Source: Candidatus Hydrogenedentota bacterium (GTDB lineage: Bacteria; Hydrogenedentota; Hydrogenedentia; Hydrogenedentales; SLHB01). From it: a DNA stretch of 64,000 nt. The DNA is taken from the NCBI GenBank assembly GCA_045863295.1, contig BTWA01000002.1, forward strand, positions 1 to 64,000. Direction: 5' to 3'. The notes below the pieces were generated by a model, which did no database searches, was not told the DNA's origin, and was given only the letters and a program-made list of their open reading frames with translations. Positions 49,201-58,784 of the stretch are shown here, one piece after another; positions within the stretch are counted from its first letter, which is position 1; each line of letters starts with the position of its first letter. A program made the translations under genes and the position numbers.

Positions 49201-49494
49201 GTGGTACCAAAACGCGCCGAGTCGATCGTTTCTCCGCAAGCGCTATTTCTGCTCAATAACGAGTTTATCGCCAAACTGGCGGATGCGCTCGCGAAGTCAG
49301 TCGAATCGCAGGGAGCCGATCTGCCCGCCTTGGTGGATGTATTGTATCAGCGGCTCTACGCGCGGCCCGCCACCCCAAAGGACATCGAAATCGCGCAGCG
49401 GCTGCTGACCGGGTTGGGATATCCCGCCTCGGAGTCGCTGGTGGCCTACGCACAAGTCCTGGTCAGCGCGAACGAGTTTATGTTTGTGGATTAA
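46243..49494 (+). CDS. Planctomycete cytochrome c domain protein (PSCyt1 + DUF1549 + DUF1553)
   Basis: CFECH, MPP, HWAY, RYGERWGRHWLDVVRY, CARCHDHKFDP, ARVMVNRIWQHHFGEG, PTHPELLD.LA, RRLDAEALRDS. Confidence 0.95.
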   Translation: MTHAFHFVRPFTAICILAALPCAHAVDEKSAYFELEIRPLLAKHCFECHGEEKQKSELRLDTPEGLLKGGTRGPAVMPGDANSLLLEVVNYLGDVQMPPAGKLPQQDIDKLTAWVSAGAVWPKYASDAAPTGGTDKAEALAQAKSTHWAYRPLASPQPPAITNAAWPHNDIDRFLLAGMEKEGLQPAAPADKRTLIRRVTFNLTGLPPSVDEVNAFLADESPEAFSTLIDRLLASPRYGERWGRHWLDVVRYTDSFDSRASIVTDPAEIWRYRDWVVNAFNRDMPYDQFLQYQIAGDVLPGPDGGFNREGLIATGMLAIGNWPQGDADKEKMVSDIVDDQIDVITRGMLGITMACARCHDHKFDPFTTEEYYGMAGVFFSSSILPGPGAKTEGSPILHLPIASKEDLAAREARAAHEKALRDEHAALLLQERTTWAQAEAAKTAQYLLATTSDASEAAGLNAEALRRWLRFTNQGVHPALNTVDRDLQGKPGLFARRDAVDLPSSVANTSGEEYRYATIIHPAGALAVHPSPDQGVGIVWRSPVQTNVHVTGRVADADATCGDGIRWTLEHRGRGIAEIVAQGDMPNGGEVPIQVASTLSVSSGDQLVLTVLPNNGHGCDTTLVSLNVQSDGSDTWDLVSDVLKHFAEGNPWPDVTGRPDVWWLHAGEAGPRADPILFAPWWKALEEMQAGRRGPDALQQAAAMIQTAIDGVTPESPLATAIAAVTGDNGPFWIDPQPAQEGSRRAVIESELASLEAQPLPELELAVGIQEGGVPGTPTEGIRNTRVHRRGDYNNLGDEVPRAMPAVVREVPRPVTAGSGRADMAKWVTEDCAALTARVMVNRIWQHHFGEGLVRTPGDFGKQGEPPTHPELLDYLANQFIESGWSIKSLHRAILNTAAYQQSSQADATVTSRDPENKWLARNSRRRLDAEALRDSLLYVAGVLDLTPGGPAYADMNIPRRTLYLRTVRSNLSTYTMLFDGADPTSVVPKRAESIVSPQALFLLNNEFIAKLADALAKSVESQGADLPALVDVLYQRLYARPATPKDIEIAQRLLTGLGYPASESLVAYAQVLVSANEFMFVD

Positions 49495-49568
49495 AATAAA
49501 GGTGCTCCAGATAAACAGGACCTGATTGATAGACATGTACACAATAGCCCAAAAAAGGAGAGCAGACG

Positions 49569-50309
49569 GTGAAAGTTCACGTTGTGTCCGCCTTGGCAAT
49601 GGCCTGCGCCAGCGCGCTTGGCGCCGCCGCCGAAGACACCCGCTGTTACGAGATGCGGATCTACTACGCCGCCCCGGGAAAGCTGGAAGCATTGCAGGCC
49701 CGCTTTCGCGATCACACCTGCGCCCTTTTTGAGAAACACGGGTTTACCAACATCGGCTATTGGGTGCCTCTGGAAAATCCTGAAAGCAAACTGATCTACA
49801 TCATTGCCAGCCCCAGCCGCGAGGCACACGCCACAGCATGGAAAGCGTTCGTCGCAGACCCGGAATGGAAGCAGGTGGTGGCGAAAACGGAAGCGGACGG
49901 AAAGCTGGTGACGAAAGTGGACAAGATCTACCTGACCGCAACCGATTTCTCGCCTGCGGTCGTGCCGTCAAAGACCGAAGAGCCGAGGGCATTCGAACTG
50001 CGCACCTATACCCCTGCGCCAGGCAAGATGGACGCGCTGCTCACTCGATTCCGCGATCACACGGTAAAACTGTTCGAAAAACACGGCATGACCAACATCG
50101 GCTACTGGACCCGCCAGGACAAGGAAAACGATCAGCTCATCTACATTCTCGCCCACAAGAGCAAAGAAGCCGGCCTCGCGTCCTTCGATGCCTTCCGCGC
50201 CGACCCGGCCTGGGTCGAAGCCAAAAGTGCCTCCGAAGTGAGCGGCTCGCTGACCGAGAAGGTTGAGTCGGTGTACCTGACGCCGGCCGACTTCTCGACA
50301 ATCAAATAA
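49569..50309 (+). CDS. Secreted tandem NIPSNAP-domain protein
   Basis: Signal peptide; duplicated (Y/F)E.R.Y...PGK..AL..RFRDHT..LFEKHG.TNIGYW unit. Confidence 0.88.
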   Translation: MKVHVVSALAMACASALGAAAEDTRCYEMRIYYAAPGKLEALQARFRDHTCALFEKHGFTNIGYWVPLENPESKLIYIIASPSREAHATAWKAFVADPEWKQVVAKTEADGKLVTKVDKIYLTATDFSPAVVPSKTEEPRAFELRTYTPAPGKMDALLTRFRDHTVKLFEKHGMTNIGYWTRQDKENDQLIYILAHKSKEAGLASFDAFRADPAWVEAKSASEVSGSLTEKVESVYLTPADFSTIK

Positions 50310-50515
50310 GTACCTATAACGAATTAATAATAGCGTAAATAGTGAGATAAACCATTATATACCCTTGTTTCAATCCGCTAGAAAAATTCGGCCTTTGAAC
50401 TCTCCACTGGCAGGGCAACGCGGCTTACTATATTGTTAGAAGCTACTTGGCAGACTGGGGATCTGGAAGGCGGTGGAAATTGCAATTTCGCCAAATGAAG
50501 GCCAGAAGACGATCC

Positions 50516-51931
<1,416 letters not shown>

Positions 51932-52101
51932 AACGGAGGAAGGTGTGTATTAGCGCATCTTCTTTCTGCCGTAGCGGGGATAACCCGGCCCCGCGGCATC
52001 GTGCGAACGAGACGCCTGCTTTTTGACTCAATTCCGTTTGCAGAGTACAATTCCGGCCTTCCCATGCGTCCACGCGGCAATTCACGGAGATTTGTTCCCC
52101 C

Positions 52102-53355
52102 ATGGCAGATATCAAGGGCTTCCCGGCGTTTCGTTACAACAAGGCGCGCATCGGCAATATGAGCGACGTAATTACGCCGCCGTTCGATGTAATCGACGCC
52201 GAACAGCGCGCCATCCTGGGAGCGAAAAGCCCCTACAATTACGCACACCTGATATTGCCGGAGGAACGGGACAGCCTCTCCAAATACGAGTATTCCGCAA
52301 AGCTGTTCAATCAATGGATCGCCGAAGGCATTTTCAAGCAGGACGACGCCGACTCCTACTACGTGTTGGAACAAAAGTTTAAAGGGTTGGATGACAAGCC
52401 ACACACCCGGCGGGGTTTCTTCGCGGCCGTGAAAATCCCGGAGTCCGGCGAGGAATACATCCTCGGCCACGAGCGCACGTTCGAATCCAAGTTTCAGGAT
52501 CGGCTGCGCCTCATGGAAGCCACCGGCGCGCAGTACGGCGCGGTGTTTCTCATGTACTCCGATCCCAAACACGAACTGGGATTCTTGTTCGATCCGATCG
52601 CATCGCGCGATTCGGATATCGCGGCGGACACCATCGATGGCGTCTCCCTACGCGTATGGCGCACCAGTACCGATCCGCGCGTGAACGACTTCTTCAAGGA
52701 TAAGACGCTCTACATCGCCGATGGACACCACCGGTTCCGAACCGCCATGGCCTACCGCGATCACATGCGCACACTCCACGGAGGCGATGGCAAAGCCCCG
52801 TACGATTACGTGTTGGTCGGATTGGTGGAAGCGGACGATCCCGGATTCCTGATTTGCCCCGCACACCGGTTGCTCGACGCACCCGAGGGCTTCTCGCTCG
52901 AACAATTCCTGATTGATGCGCAGGAATGGTTCGACGTGCAAACGGTCGAAGGCGATGTGCTCGAACACGTGAATGCCGCCAACGAGTGCACCATCGGACT
53001 TCAGACGAAAGAGGGCCAGAAACGTGTGCTCGTGCTGCGCGACATCGATCGCACCAAACTGCTCGGCGAAGAACACGGACCCGCCTGGCGCGACCTCGAT
53101 GTGAGCGTGTTGCACGGCGGTATTCTCGAAAAGCTGATGGGTCTCGACGCCAACGCCATGCTCGTCTACGAGCACGACGGCAAAAAGGCGCTGGAGATGG
53201 TCAAGTCCGGCAAAAAGGAAATGGTCTTTGTGTTGAAAGGCGTCACCCCGCGTCAGCTCTTCGCATGCGCCGACGCCCGCGAATTCATGCCCCAAAAATC
53301 CACCTACATCTTCCCAAAATTGCCCTCAGGCGCCGCCATCCACAAAGTGGGCTGA
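52102..53355 (+). CDS. DUF1015 family protein
   Basis: PPFDVI, HERT, YIADGHHR, MPQKSTY.FPKLPSG. Confidence 0.9.
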   Translation: MADIKGFPAFRYNKARIGNMSDVITPPFDVIDAEQRAILGAKSPYNYAHLILPEERDSLSKYEYSAKLFNQWIAEGIFKQDDADSYYVLEQKFKGLDDKPHTRRGFFAAVKIPESGEEYILGHERTFESKFQDRLRLMEATGAQYGAVFLMYSDPKHELGFLFDPIASRDSDIAADTIDGVSLRVWRTSTDPRVNDFFKDKTLYIADGHHRFRTAMAYRDHMRTLHGGDGKAPYDYVLVGLVEADDPGFLICPAHRLLDAPEGFSLEQFLIDAQEWFDVQTVEGDVLEHVNAANECTIGLQTKEGQKRVLVLRDIDRTKLLGEEHGPAWRDLDVSVLHGGILEKLMGLDANAMLVYEHDGKKALEMVKSGKKEMVFVLKGVTPRQLFACADAREFMPQKSTYIFPKLPSGAAIHKVG

Positions 53356-53362
53356 CCGGATC

Positions 53363-53557
53363 TATGGACTGCGGAAGCTTGCTTCCGCCTTAGCTAAGCA
53401 AGCTTGCTTGCGGTTTCGTAGGAAAGCGCGTCGCTGTATGGCGACGAGCGGGGATGGTTTTGTACAGCCGGATCGGTTTATCTTCGTTTCGCTGACTTGC
53501 GCGCACGCGGGAGCAAGCTCCCTTAGGCAAGGCGGAAGCAAGCTTCCGCAGTCCACA
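53363..53557 (+). repeat. REPIN-like element, copy 1 (left of RAYT #2)
   Basis: Arms TATGGACTGCGGAAGCTTGCTTCCGCCTT ... AAGGCGGAAGCAAGCTTCCGCAGTCCA form a long inverted repeat; direct copy at 54157-54350. Confidence 0.92.
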
Positions 53558-53596
53558 GGGAGGATCCACAATTGGATTTGCCGGAGGGAACGTCGT

Positions 53597-54142
53597 GTGA
53601 CAGATCAAGAATCCTCATACTGGCACCATGCGCCGCCTCATGTGTTTATTCCCGACAGCACGTATTTTATTACCGCTGGAACAGTGGACCGCGCCCACCT
53701 GTTTAACACGTCTGAGAAACGGGATTCACTCGTAGCCCAATTTGCCGCCGACGTGGAACGAGCCGCATGGCAACTCCATGCATGGGTATTCTTTGCCAAT
53801 CATTATCACTTCGTTGCGTTCGCGCCCGAAGGCGCTTTGCCCATGAAACGCTTGCTCCAAGCCTTTCACTCCAACTCCGCGCGGGCGCTGAACACGGTGG
53901 ATGGCACTCCAGGCCGGAAAGTCTGGCACCAGTACCGCGACACACGCTTGACGTTTGAGCGAAGCTATCTTGCACGGATGCGGTACGTTCTAGAGAATCC
54001 CGTGAAACACGGTTTGGTGAAGGTGTCAGAAGAGTATCGATGGGGCTCAATGCGTTGGTTTTTGAAAGAGGGAAACCCAGGATTTCAAAAGACCGTACTT
54101 TCCTTTAACATTGACCGAATCTCGATCGACGATGACTATTGA
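53597..54142 (+). mobile_element. REP-associated tyrosine transposase (RAYT, Y1/HUH) #2
   Basis: HAPPH, YFITAGT, AWVFFANHYHF, VWHQYRD, YVLENPVKHGLV, YRWGS. Confidence 0.9.
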
Positions 54143-54156
54143 AACGCGTGGTCGAA

Positions 54157-54350
54157 TATGGACTGCGGAAGCTTGCTTCCGCCTTAGCTAAGCAAGCTTG
54201 CTTGCGGCTTCGAAGGAATGAGCGTTAAATTATGGCGGAGTGTGAAGACCTTCTTGCGCGGGCTGGTGATTTATTCTTGCTTTAGCGACAGGTGCGCAAG
54301 CGGGAGCAAGCTCCCTTAGGCAAGGCGGAAGCAAGCTTCCGTAGTCCATA
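54157..54350 (+). repeat. REPIN-like element, copy 2 (right of RAYT #2)
   Basis: Near-identical outer arms to 53363-53557 with a diverged central spacer. Confidence 0.92.
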
Positions 54351-54382
54351 TGGGTGCACGAACCTTACAGACACTTCTGCCA

Positions 54383-54886
54383 TTACTTGCTAATGTTTTC
54401 TTCTCTATCCCCACGAATTCCAATAAAGTGAGAAACGCCGAAATCCGGCGAATTTAGTAGAGGTAGCCACTTTCCGTAGGAGTAGTTTTCATCCTGGAGG
54501 AAGAATCTTATTCTGCTGCCGTCCGGGAACGAAACTGAACCGTGAAACTCGTCTGCAAACCCATCCAATTCAATTTCGTAGTTGTCAGGAAAGTCGTAAC
54601 CGACAAAGTCTTCTAAATCCGCGCCGGAAAAGGCGGAAGTTCCCGCCGTCAGCTTTGGAATCTCTCCAGTTTCCAAGGCAGACAGCGACTGGCGCATGAA
54701 AGCGTCGGCCAACTTGATTCGGCGCATTCGATCGAAATCGTTGAGAAGAAAAAAGTATAACCAGATCAACGCGAATCCAAGGTTTCCAAATATCTTCGCG
54801 GCTTTGCCCTTGCCTTGTCGCCATTGGACAAATCGATAGATTGCGGCAATCAGAAAGATAGAGAAGATAATTCCGTCGAGTAACAC
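54383..54886 (-). CDS. Hypothetical 2-TM membrane protein (paralog A)
   Basis: AGGAG RBS + GTG; two N-terminal TMs; similar to 54969-55478. Confidence 0.75.
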   Translation of the reverse strand: MLLDGIIFSIFLIAAIYRFVQWRQGKGKAAKIFGNLGFALIWLYFFLLNDFDRMRRIKLADAFMRQSLSALETGEIPKLTAGTSAFSGADLEDFVGYDFPDNYEIELDGFADEFHGSVSFPDGSRIRFFLQDENYSYGKWLPLLNSPDFGVSHFIGIRGDREENISK

Positions 54887-54968
54887 GTTACCGGACTCCT
54901 ATCGATTCTCGACTAGAGGAATCGCCGCCATCCCCTCAATCGTCGTCAGGACTATCCCACTCAAGGGT

Positions 54969-55478
54969 TCACATTTGCGCTGTGTGCTCTTTGAATTCGA
55001 ACGATTTCAACCTGAAGCCAGGCGCATTGAATCCCCGAATCCAGCCCCAACCCATGTAGCGAATATCTTCGACACTAACGTCTATTTCGCCCTTGCCGGG
55101 CAATATCACGTTGCAGCGGAAGATCTCCCGGAAGATATAAGCATCGTCAATACGGACGTTCGTATTTAAGTCTCTCCCCCGAGTCTCTTCGATCGACGCA
55201 CGAGTAGAGTCAAAAGCGTGATCGGAAAGCGGAGGTGTCTCTCCTGCCTCCAATGTTGTAAGGGCGTCTCGCACAAACGCTTCGCTCAGTTTCGAGCGGC
55301 GGACATCGTCAATGTCCTGCAGAAAGAGAACCAAATATAGTAGCGTGATGGGTGGAAAAGTAACCAAGGTGGTAGTGGTTCCTTTACTATTCCGGCCGCT
55401 ACGCCAACGCCGCCACTCTACGGCCACGCAAAATGCGAACCAGAAAAATGCGATCCCACTGATGTAGACATTGCCCAT
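54969..55478 (-). CDS. Hypothetical 2-TM membrane protein (paralog B)
   Basis: Two N-terminal TMs; shares D.D..RR.KL..AF.R..L..LE.GE.P.L with its neighbour. Confidence 0.75.
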   Translation of the reverse strand: MGNVYISGIAFFWFAFCVAVEWRRWRSGRNSKGTTTTLVTFPPITLLYLVLFLQDIDDVRRSKLSEAFVRDALTTLEAGETPPLSDHAFDSTRASIEETRGRDLNTNVRIDDAYIFREIFRCNVILPGKGEIDVSVEDIRYMGWGWIRGFNAPGFRLKSFEFKEHTAQM

Positions 55479-55575
55479 CGGCTTTTATCCAATCCGCCCC
55501 CCCTGACACCGGACGGGCGCTTTCGTCGTCCAATACGTATAATATGACAATGCTTCACATAGGGTGATTCTGTCA

Positions 55576-56388
55576 ATGACTTCACATTCCCTGGGCCTGT
55601 TCGCAGGCTTTAAGATACCGATTCCGCTTGCGGAGCGGTTTGCCATGATGCGCGATGCCGGGTTTGATTCCACCGTGTTGTGGTGGGACGACGCTGACGG
55701 GGAGCGGCGTGTCTGGCGGGATTCCGTACCGGATATGGCCCGGGACGCGGGATTGGCCATCGATCATTTCCATGTGCCGTACCGCGGGTGCAACGTGTTG
55801 TGGGGCAGCCTTGAAGCCGATCGGATGGCGCTGGTGCAACGGCACGTGCAATGGGTAAGAGACTGTGCACGTCACGACATTCCCACCATGGTGATGCACG
55901 TGACCCAGGGGCGGGCCGTGCCGGAGCCGACGCCGGAGGGCATTGACAGTCTGCGCCGGATTGTGGCGGCAGGGGAAGACAGCGGCGTGACAGTGGCCGT
56001 CGAGAACACCCACTGCCCGGACCACCTCGACGCGTTACTGGCGGCGATCGATTCGCCGTGTCTGGGGCTGTGCTACGACATCAGCCACGACTGGCTGCAC
56101 AGCGGCGCGCCGTTTGCCTTGTTGCGGCGGTGGCGGCACCGGGTGGCGGCGCTGCATCTGAACGACACGGATGGCCGGTTGGATCGGCATTGGCTGCCAG
56201 GAGAGGGACAGGTCGACTTTTCAGAGGTCATGAGGATTTTGGCGGCCGGTACAGACAGCCCCGTACTGATGTTGGAAGTGGTGCCCAAAGATCGGGCCGA
56301 GAGCGTGGAGCCGTTTCTGGCGCGGGCGCGCCAGAGTGGAATCTGGCTCCAAGGGCTACACAGGGCAGGCCGGGCGGCCGTGGCCTGA
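55576..56388 (+). CDS. Sugar phosphate isomerase/epimerase (AP endonuclease 2 TIM barrel)
   Basis: AGFD, VAVEN, CYDISH, LHLND, HWLPGEGQVDF, LMLEV. Confidence 0.88.
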   Translation: MTSHSLGLFAGFKIPIPLAERFAMMRDAGFDSTVLWWDDADGERRVWRDSVPDMARDAGLAIDHFHVPYRGCNVLWGSLEADRMALVQRHVQWVRDCARHDIPTMVMHVTQGRAVPEPTPEGIDSLRRIVAAGEDSGVTVAVENTHCPDHLDALLAAIDSPCLGLCYDISHDWLHSGAPFALLRRWRHRVAALHLNDTDGRLDRHWLPGEGQVDFSEVMRILAAGTDSPVLMLEVVPKDRAESVEPFLARARQSGIWLQGLHRAGRAAVA

Positions 56389-56532
56389 CGAGGAAAGCCA
56401 CGGGGCGGAAAGGGACGGGCAAGGGCACTTCCCGCGCACGGAACTGTCCTTCCACTGCCCGTAGCCCAAATTCCGTACCCCCGGCACCCACCCAAAGGGC
56501 AGCCCCATCCGGTCTCCAGCCTCGCGACCGAT

Positions 56533-56562
56533 TTGACTCCCTCCTCCTTTGTTTGCTACCGT
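56533..56562 (+). promoter_or_regulatory. Putative promoter of the infC operon
   Basis: TTGACT (56533-38), 18 bp, extended -10 TGcTACCGT (56554-62). Confidence 0.55.
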
Positions 56563-56579
56563 ATGGCACGCTTGTGCGT

Positions 56580-56715
56580 AAGCGGCAAGAAGGGCATTTG
56601 TCCTCACCTCGTGGCGATCCGTTGGATTTGCTAGCAGGTTACAGAACGCAAACTTCATGCTTGAAGTGTGTCTGTACGGCAGAGTTGAGGAAATCGCTCT
56701 GCCGTTTTTGTTTTT
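56580..56715 (+). ncRNA. L20-leader-like 5' UTR with intrinsic terminator (attenuator)
   Basis: AGAAG..TCCTCACCT...AGGT core upstream of infC-rpmI-rplT; terminator ACGGCAGAG/CTCTGCCGT + TTTTGTTTTT. Confidence 0.6.
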
Positions 56716-56773
56716 CAGCGCGGGTCGCTGAGGGGTCGCGTCTCCCTCGAATGGGCGCATGGAGGAGCCAGCA

Positions 56774-57304
56774 ATCGCAAAGCCGACGGAACAGAAAGTT
56801 CGCATCAATCGGATGATTCGCGAACGGCAGATTCGCGTTATCAGTGATGAAGGCGAACAGTTGGGCATTATGTCGCCGGACGATGCCATCCGGGAAGCGG
56901 AGAAGCAGGGTCTGGATTTGGTGGAAGTGGCGCCGGGTGCGGTGCCGCCGGTCTGCCGGATCATGGACTACGGCAAGTACAAGTACCAGCAGAGCAAGCG
57001 TGCAAAGGAATCGAAGAAGCATCAGCACGTGATTGTCATCAAGGAGGTGAAGTTTCGCCCCAAGATCGACAAGCACGACTTCGAATACAAAACGAATCAC
57101 GTGCGCGAGTTCTTGCAGGAAGGGAACAAGGTTAAGGTCACGGTCATGTTTCGCGGCCGCGAGATGGCTCACCCCGAGTTCGGGCAGGAGTTGGTCGCGC
57201 GGGTGCTGGAAGGCGTGAAAGACTTGTTTCAGGAAACCATCGACGTATCACGTCTTCGCCTCGAAGGGCGGACGATGACCGTGATGCTTTCACCGGCGAA
57301 GTAA
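56774..57304 (+). CDS. infC: Translation initiation factor IF-3 (probable ATC start)
   Basis: RINRMIR...RVI..EGEQLGIM, LDLVEVAP...PPVCRIMDYGKYKY, KEVKFRP.ID.HD, FRGRE. GGAGG SD 8 nt before the in-frame ATC. Confidence 0.97.
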   Translation: MAKPTEQKVRINRMIRERQIRVISDEGEQLGIMSPDDAIREAEKQGLDLVEVAPGAVPPVCRIMDYGKYKYQQSKRAKESKKHQHVIVIKEVKFRPKIDKHDFEYKTNHVREFLQEGNKVKVTVMFRGREMAHPEFGQELVARVLEGVKDLFQETIDVSRLRLEGRTMTVMLSPAK

Positions 57305-57409
57305 GGCCCATTCCGAACGGTTCTGAGCCCGAACGCGCCAGTCTGGGCACTGGGGCGGCAACCGGGCATGTCGCGCCGCATGGCGACGTGTCCCACGGAG
57401 GAGAGTGAA

Positions 57410-57607
57410 ATGCCGAAAATGAAGACCAACAAAGCCGCGAAGAAGCGGTTTCGGGTAACGAAGAATGGCAAGGTGCTGCGGAAGCAGGCCGGTGTGCGCC
57501 ACATTCTGACGAAGAAGTCCGCAAAGCGGAAACGGAACCTGCACAAGACCACGTTGTTGTCCGAGGCGGAGTCCGATCGGGTTCGCCGGTTGCTGCCGTA
57601 CGGCTGA
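57410..57607 (+). CDS. rpmI: 50S ribosomal protein L35
   Basis: [21 protein letters not shown]...[13 protein letters not shown]...LLPY. Confidence 0.98.
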   Translation: MPKMKTNKAAKKRFRVTKNGKVLRKQAGVRHILTKKSAKRKRNLHKTTLLSEAESDRVRRLLPYG

Positions 57608-57684
57608 ACCGGGCACAACGGAAATTGAACAGGGACGTGGTTTCCGCTTTCTGAGCGGAGCGCAACGAAGAAAGGGCCAAACCC

Positions 57685-58053
57685 ATGCCACGGGCAACCA
57701 ACACGCCGGCCGCGAAAGCGCGGCGCCGCAAAGTCATGAAAATGGCGAAGGGCTTTTTTGGAGGCCGGCGCAAGCTGCTCCAAACCGCCCGGATTGCTAC
57801 CCATAAAGCCGGACAATACTCCTACCGCGATCGCCGCGCGAAAAAGCGCGATTTTCGCCAGCTGTGGATCACGCGCATCAACGCCGCGACCCGCGCCTCC
57901 GGCCTGAGCTATAATCGCTTTATCCAGGGATTGCGCCTGGCGAACGTGGACCTGAACCGCAAGATGCTTGCGGAAATCGCGGCCACCGACGAAGCGAAGT
58001 TTCAACAATTGGTCGAGCTGGCCAGGACCTCGCTGACCGCGGCCCAGTCCTGA
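57685..58053 (+). CDS. rplT: 50S ribosomal protein L20
   Basis: AKGFFGGR, YSYRDRRAKKRDFRQLWITRINAA, LNRKMLAEIA. Confidence 0.98.
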   Translation: MPRATNTPAAKARRRKVMKMAKGFFGGRRKLLQTARIATHKAGQYSYRDRRAKKRDFRQLWITRINAATRASGLSYNRFIQGLRLANVDLNRKMLAEIAATDEAKFQQLVELARTSLTAAQS

Positions 58054-58055
58054 TT

Positions 58056-58784
58056 ATGCGGGTCTTGCCCGCGGTGGACATCCGGGGCGGGTTGTGCGTC
58101 AACCTCGTCCAGGGCGACTACGATCAGGAAACCGTCTTTTCATCCGATCCGGTGGAACAGGCGCGCCTCTGGCACTCGCTCGGCGGCGACTTGGTCCACA
58201 TCGTCGATCTGGACGGCGCGCGCGTCGGCGAAGTCCGTATCGAATCCGAACTCACCGCCATCGTCTCGTCCGGCATCCCGGTCGAAGTCGGTGGCGGTAT
58301 TCGTTCCATGGCGGCCGTGGATGCGCTGTGCGCTTTGGGCGTGGACCGTGTGATCCTCGGCACGGCCGCTCACGACGATCCCGCCTTTCTTCTCGCGGCG
58401 GCCGAAAAGTATCCCGGTAAGATTGCCGTCGGTATCGATGCCAAAGCAGGCAAGGTCGCGCTCCATGCGTGGAAAACTGTCACCGATACCGAAGCGGTCG
58501 CTTTTGCGCGCGACGTGGAGCGTGCGGGAGCGGCACGCATTATCTACACGGATATTCTAAGCGATGGCATGATGCTGGGGCCTAACTACGCGGCCACCCG
58601 CGCAGTGGCGGAGGCAGTCTCCATTCCCGTAACCTTATCGGGCGGCGTTTCCTCACTGGAGAATATCCGCCGGGCTCGTGCGTTGGAACCGGCGGGAGTG
58701 GACGAGATCATCATTGGCCGGGCTTTGTACCTCGGGGCATTCACGGTCCCCGAGGCTCTCGCGGCGGCACGGGAGGGCGTTTGA
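58056..58784 (+). CDS. hisA: ProFAR isomerase HisA
   Basis: PAVDIRGG.CV.L.QGDY, HIVDLDGA, VGGGIRS, YTDI..DGMM.GPN, SGGVSS. Confidence 0.95.
   Translation: MRVLPAVDIRGGLCVNLVQGDYDQETVFSSDPVEQARLWHSLGGDLVHIVDLDGARVGEVRIESELTAIVSSGIPVEVGGGIRSMAAVDALCALGVDRVILGTAAHDDPAFLLAAAEKYPGKIAVGIDAKAGKVALHAWKTVTDTEAVAFARDVERAGAARIIYTDILSDGMMLGPNYAATRAVAEAVSIPVTLSGGVSSLENIRRARALEPAGVDEIIIGRALYLGAFTVPEALAAAREGV

Noticed and set aside
53363..54350. Possible CRISPR array
   Set aside because: Only two composite units with inverted arms, no regular repeat-spacer period and no cas genes. REPINs explain it better.
58056..58784. Isolated hisA as a bifunctional PriA
   Set aside because: No PriA-type RGW motif (here HAW). 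Scattered his genes are common.
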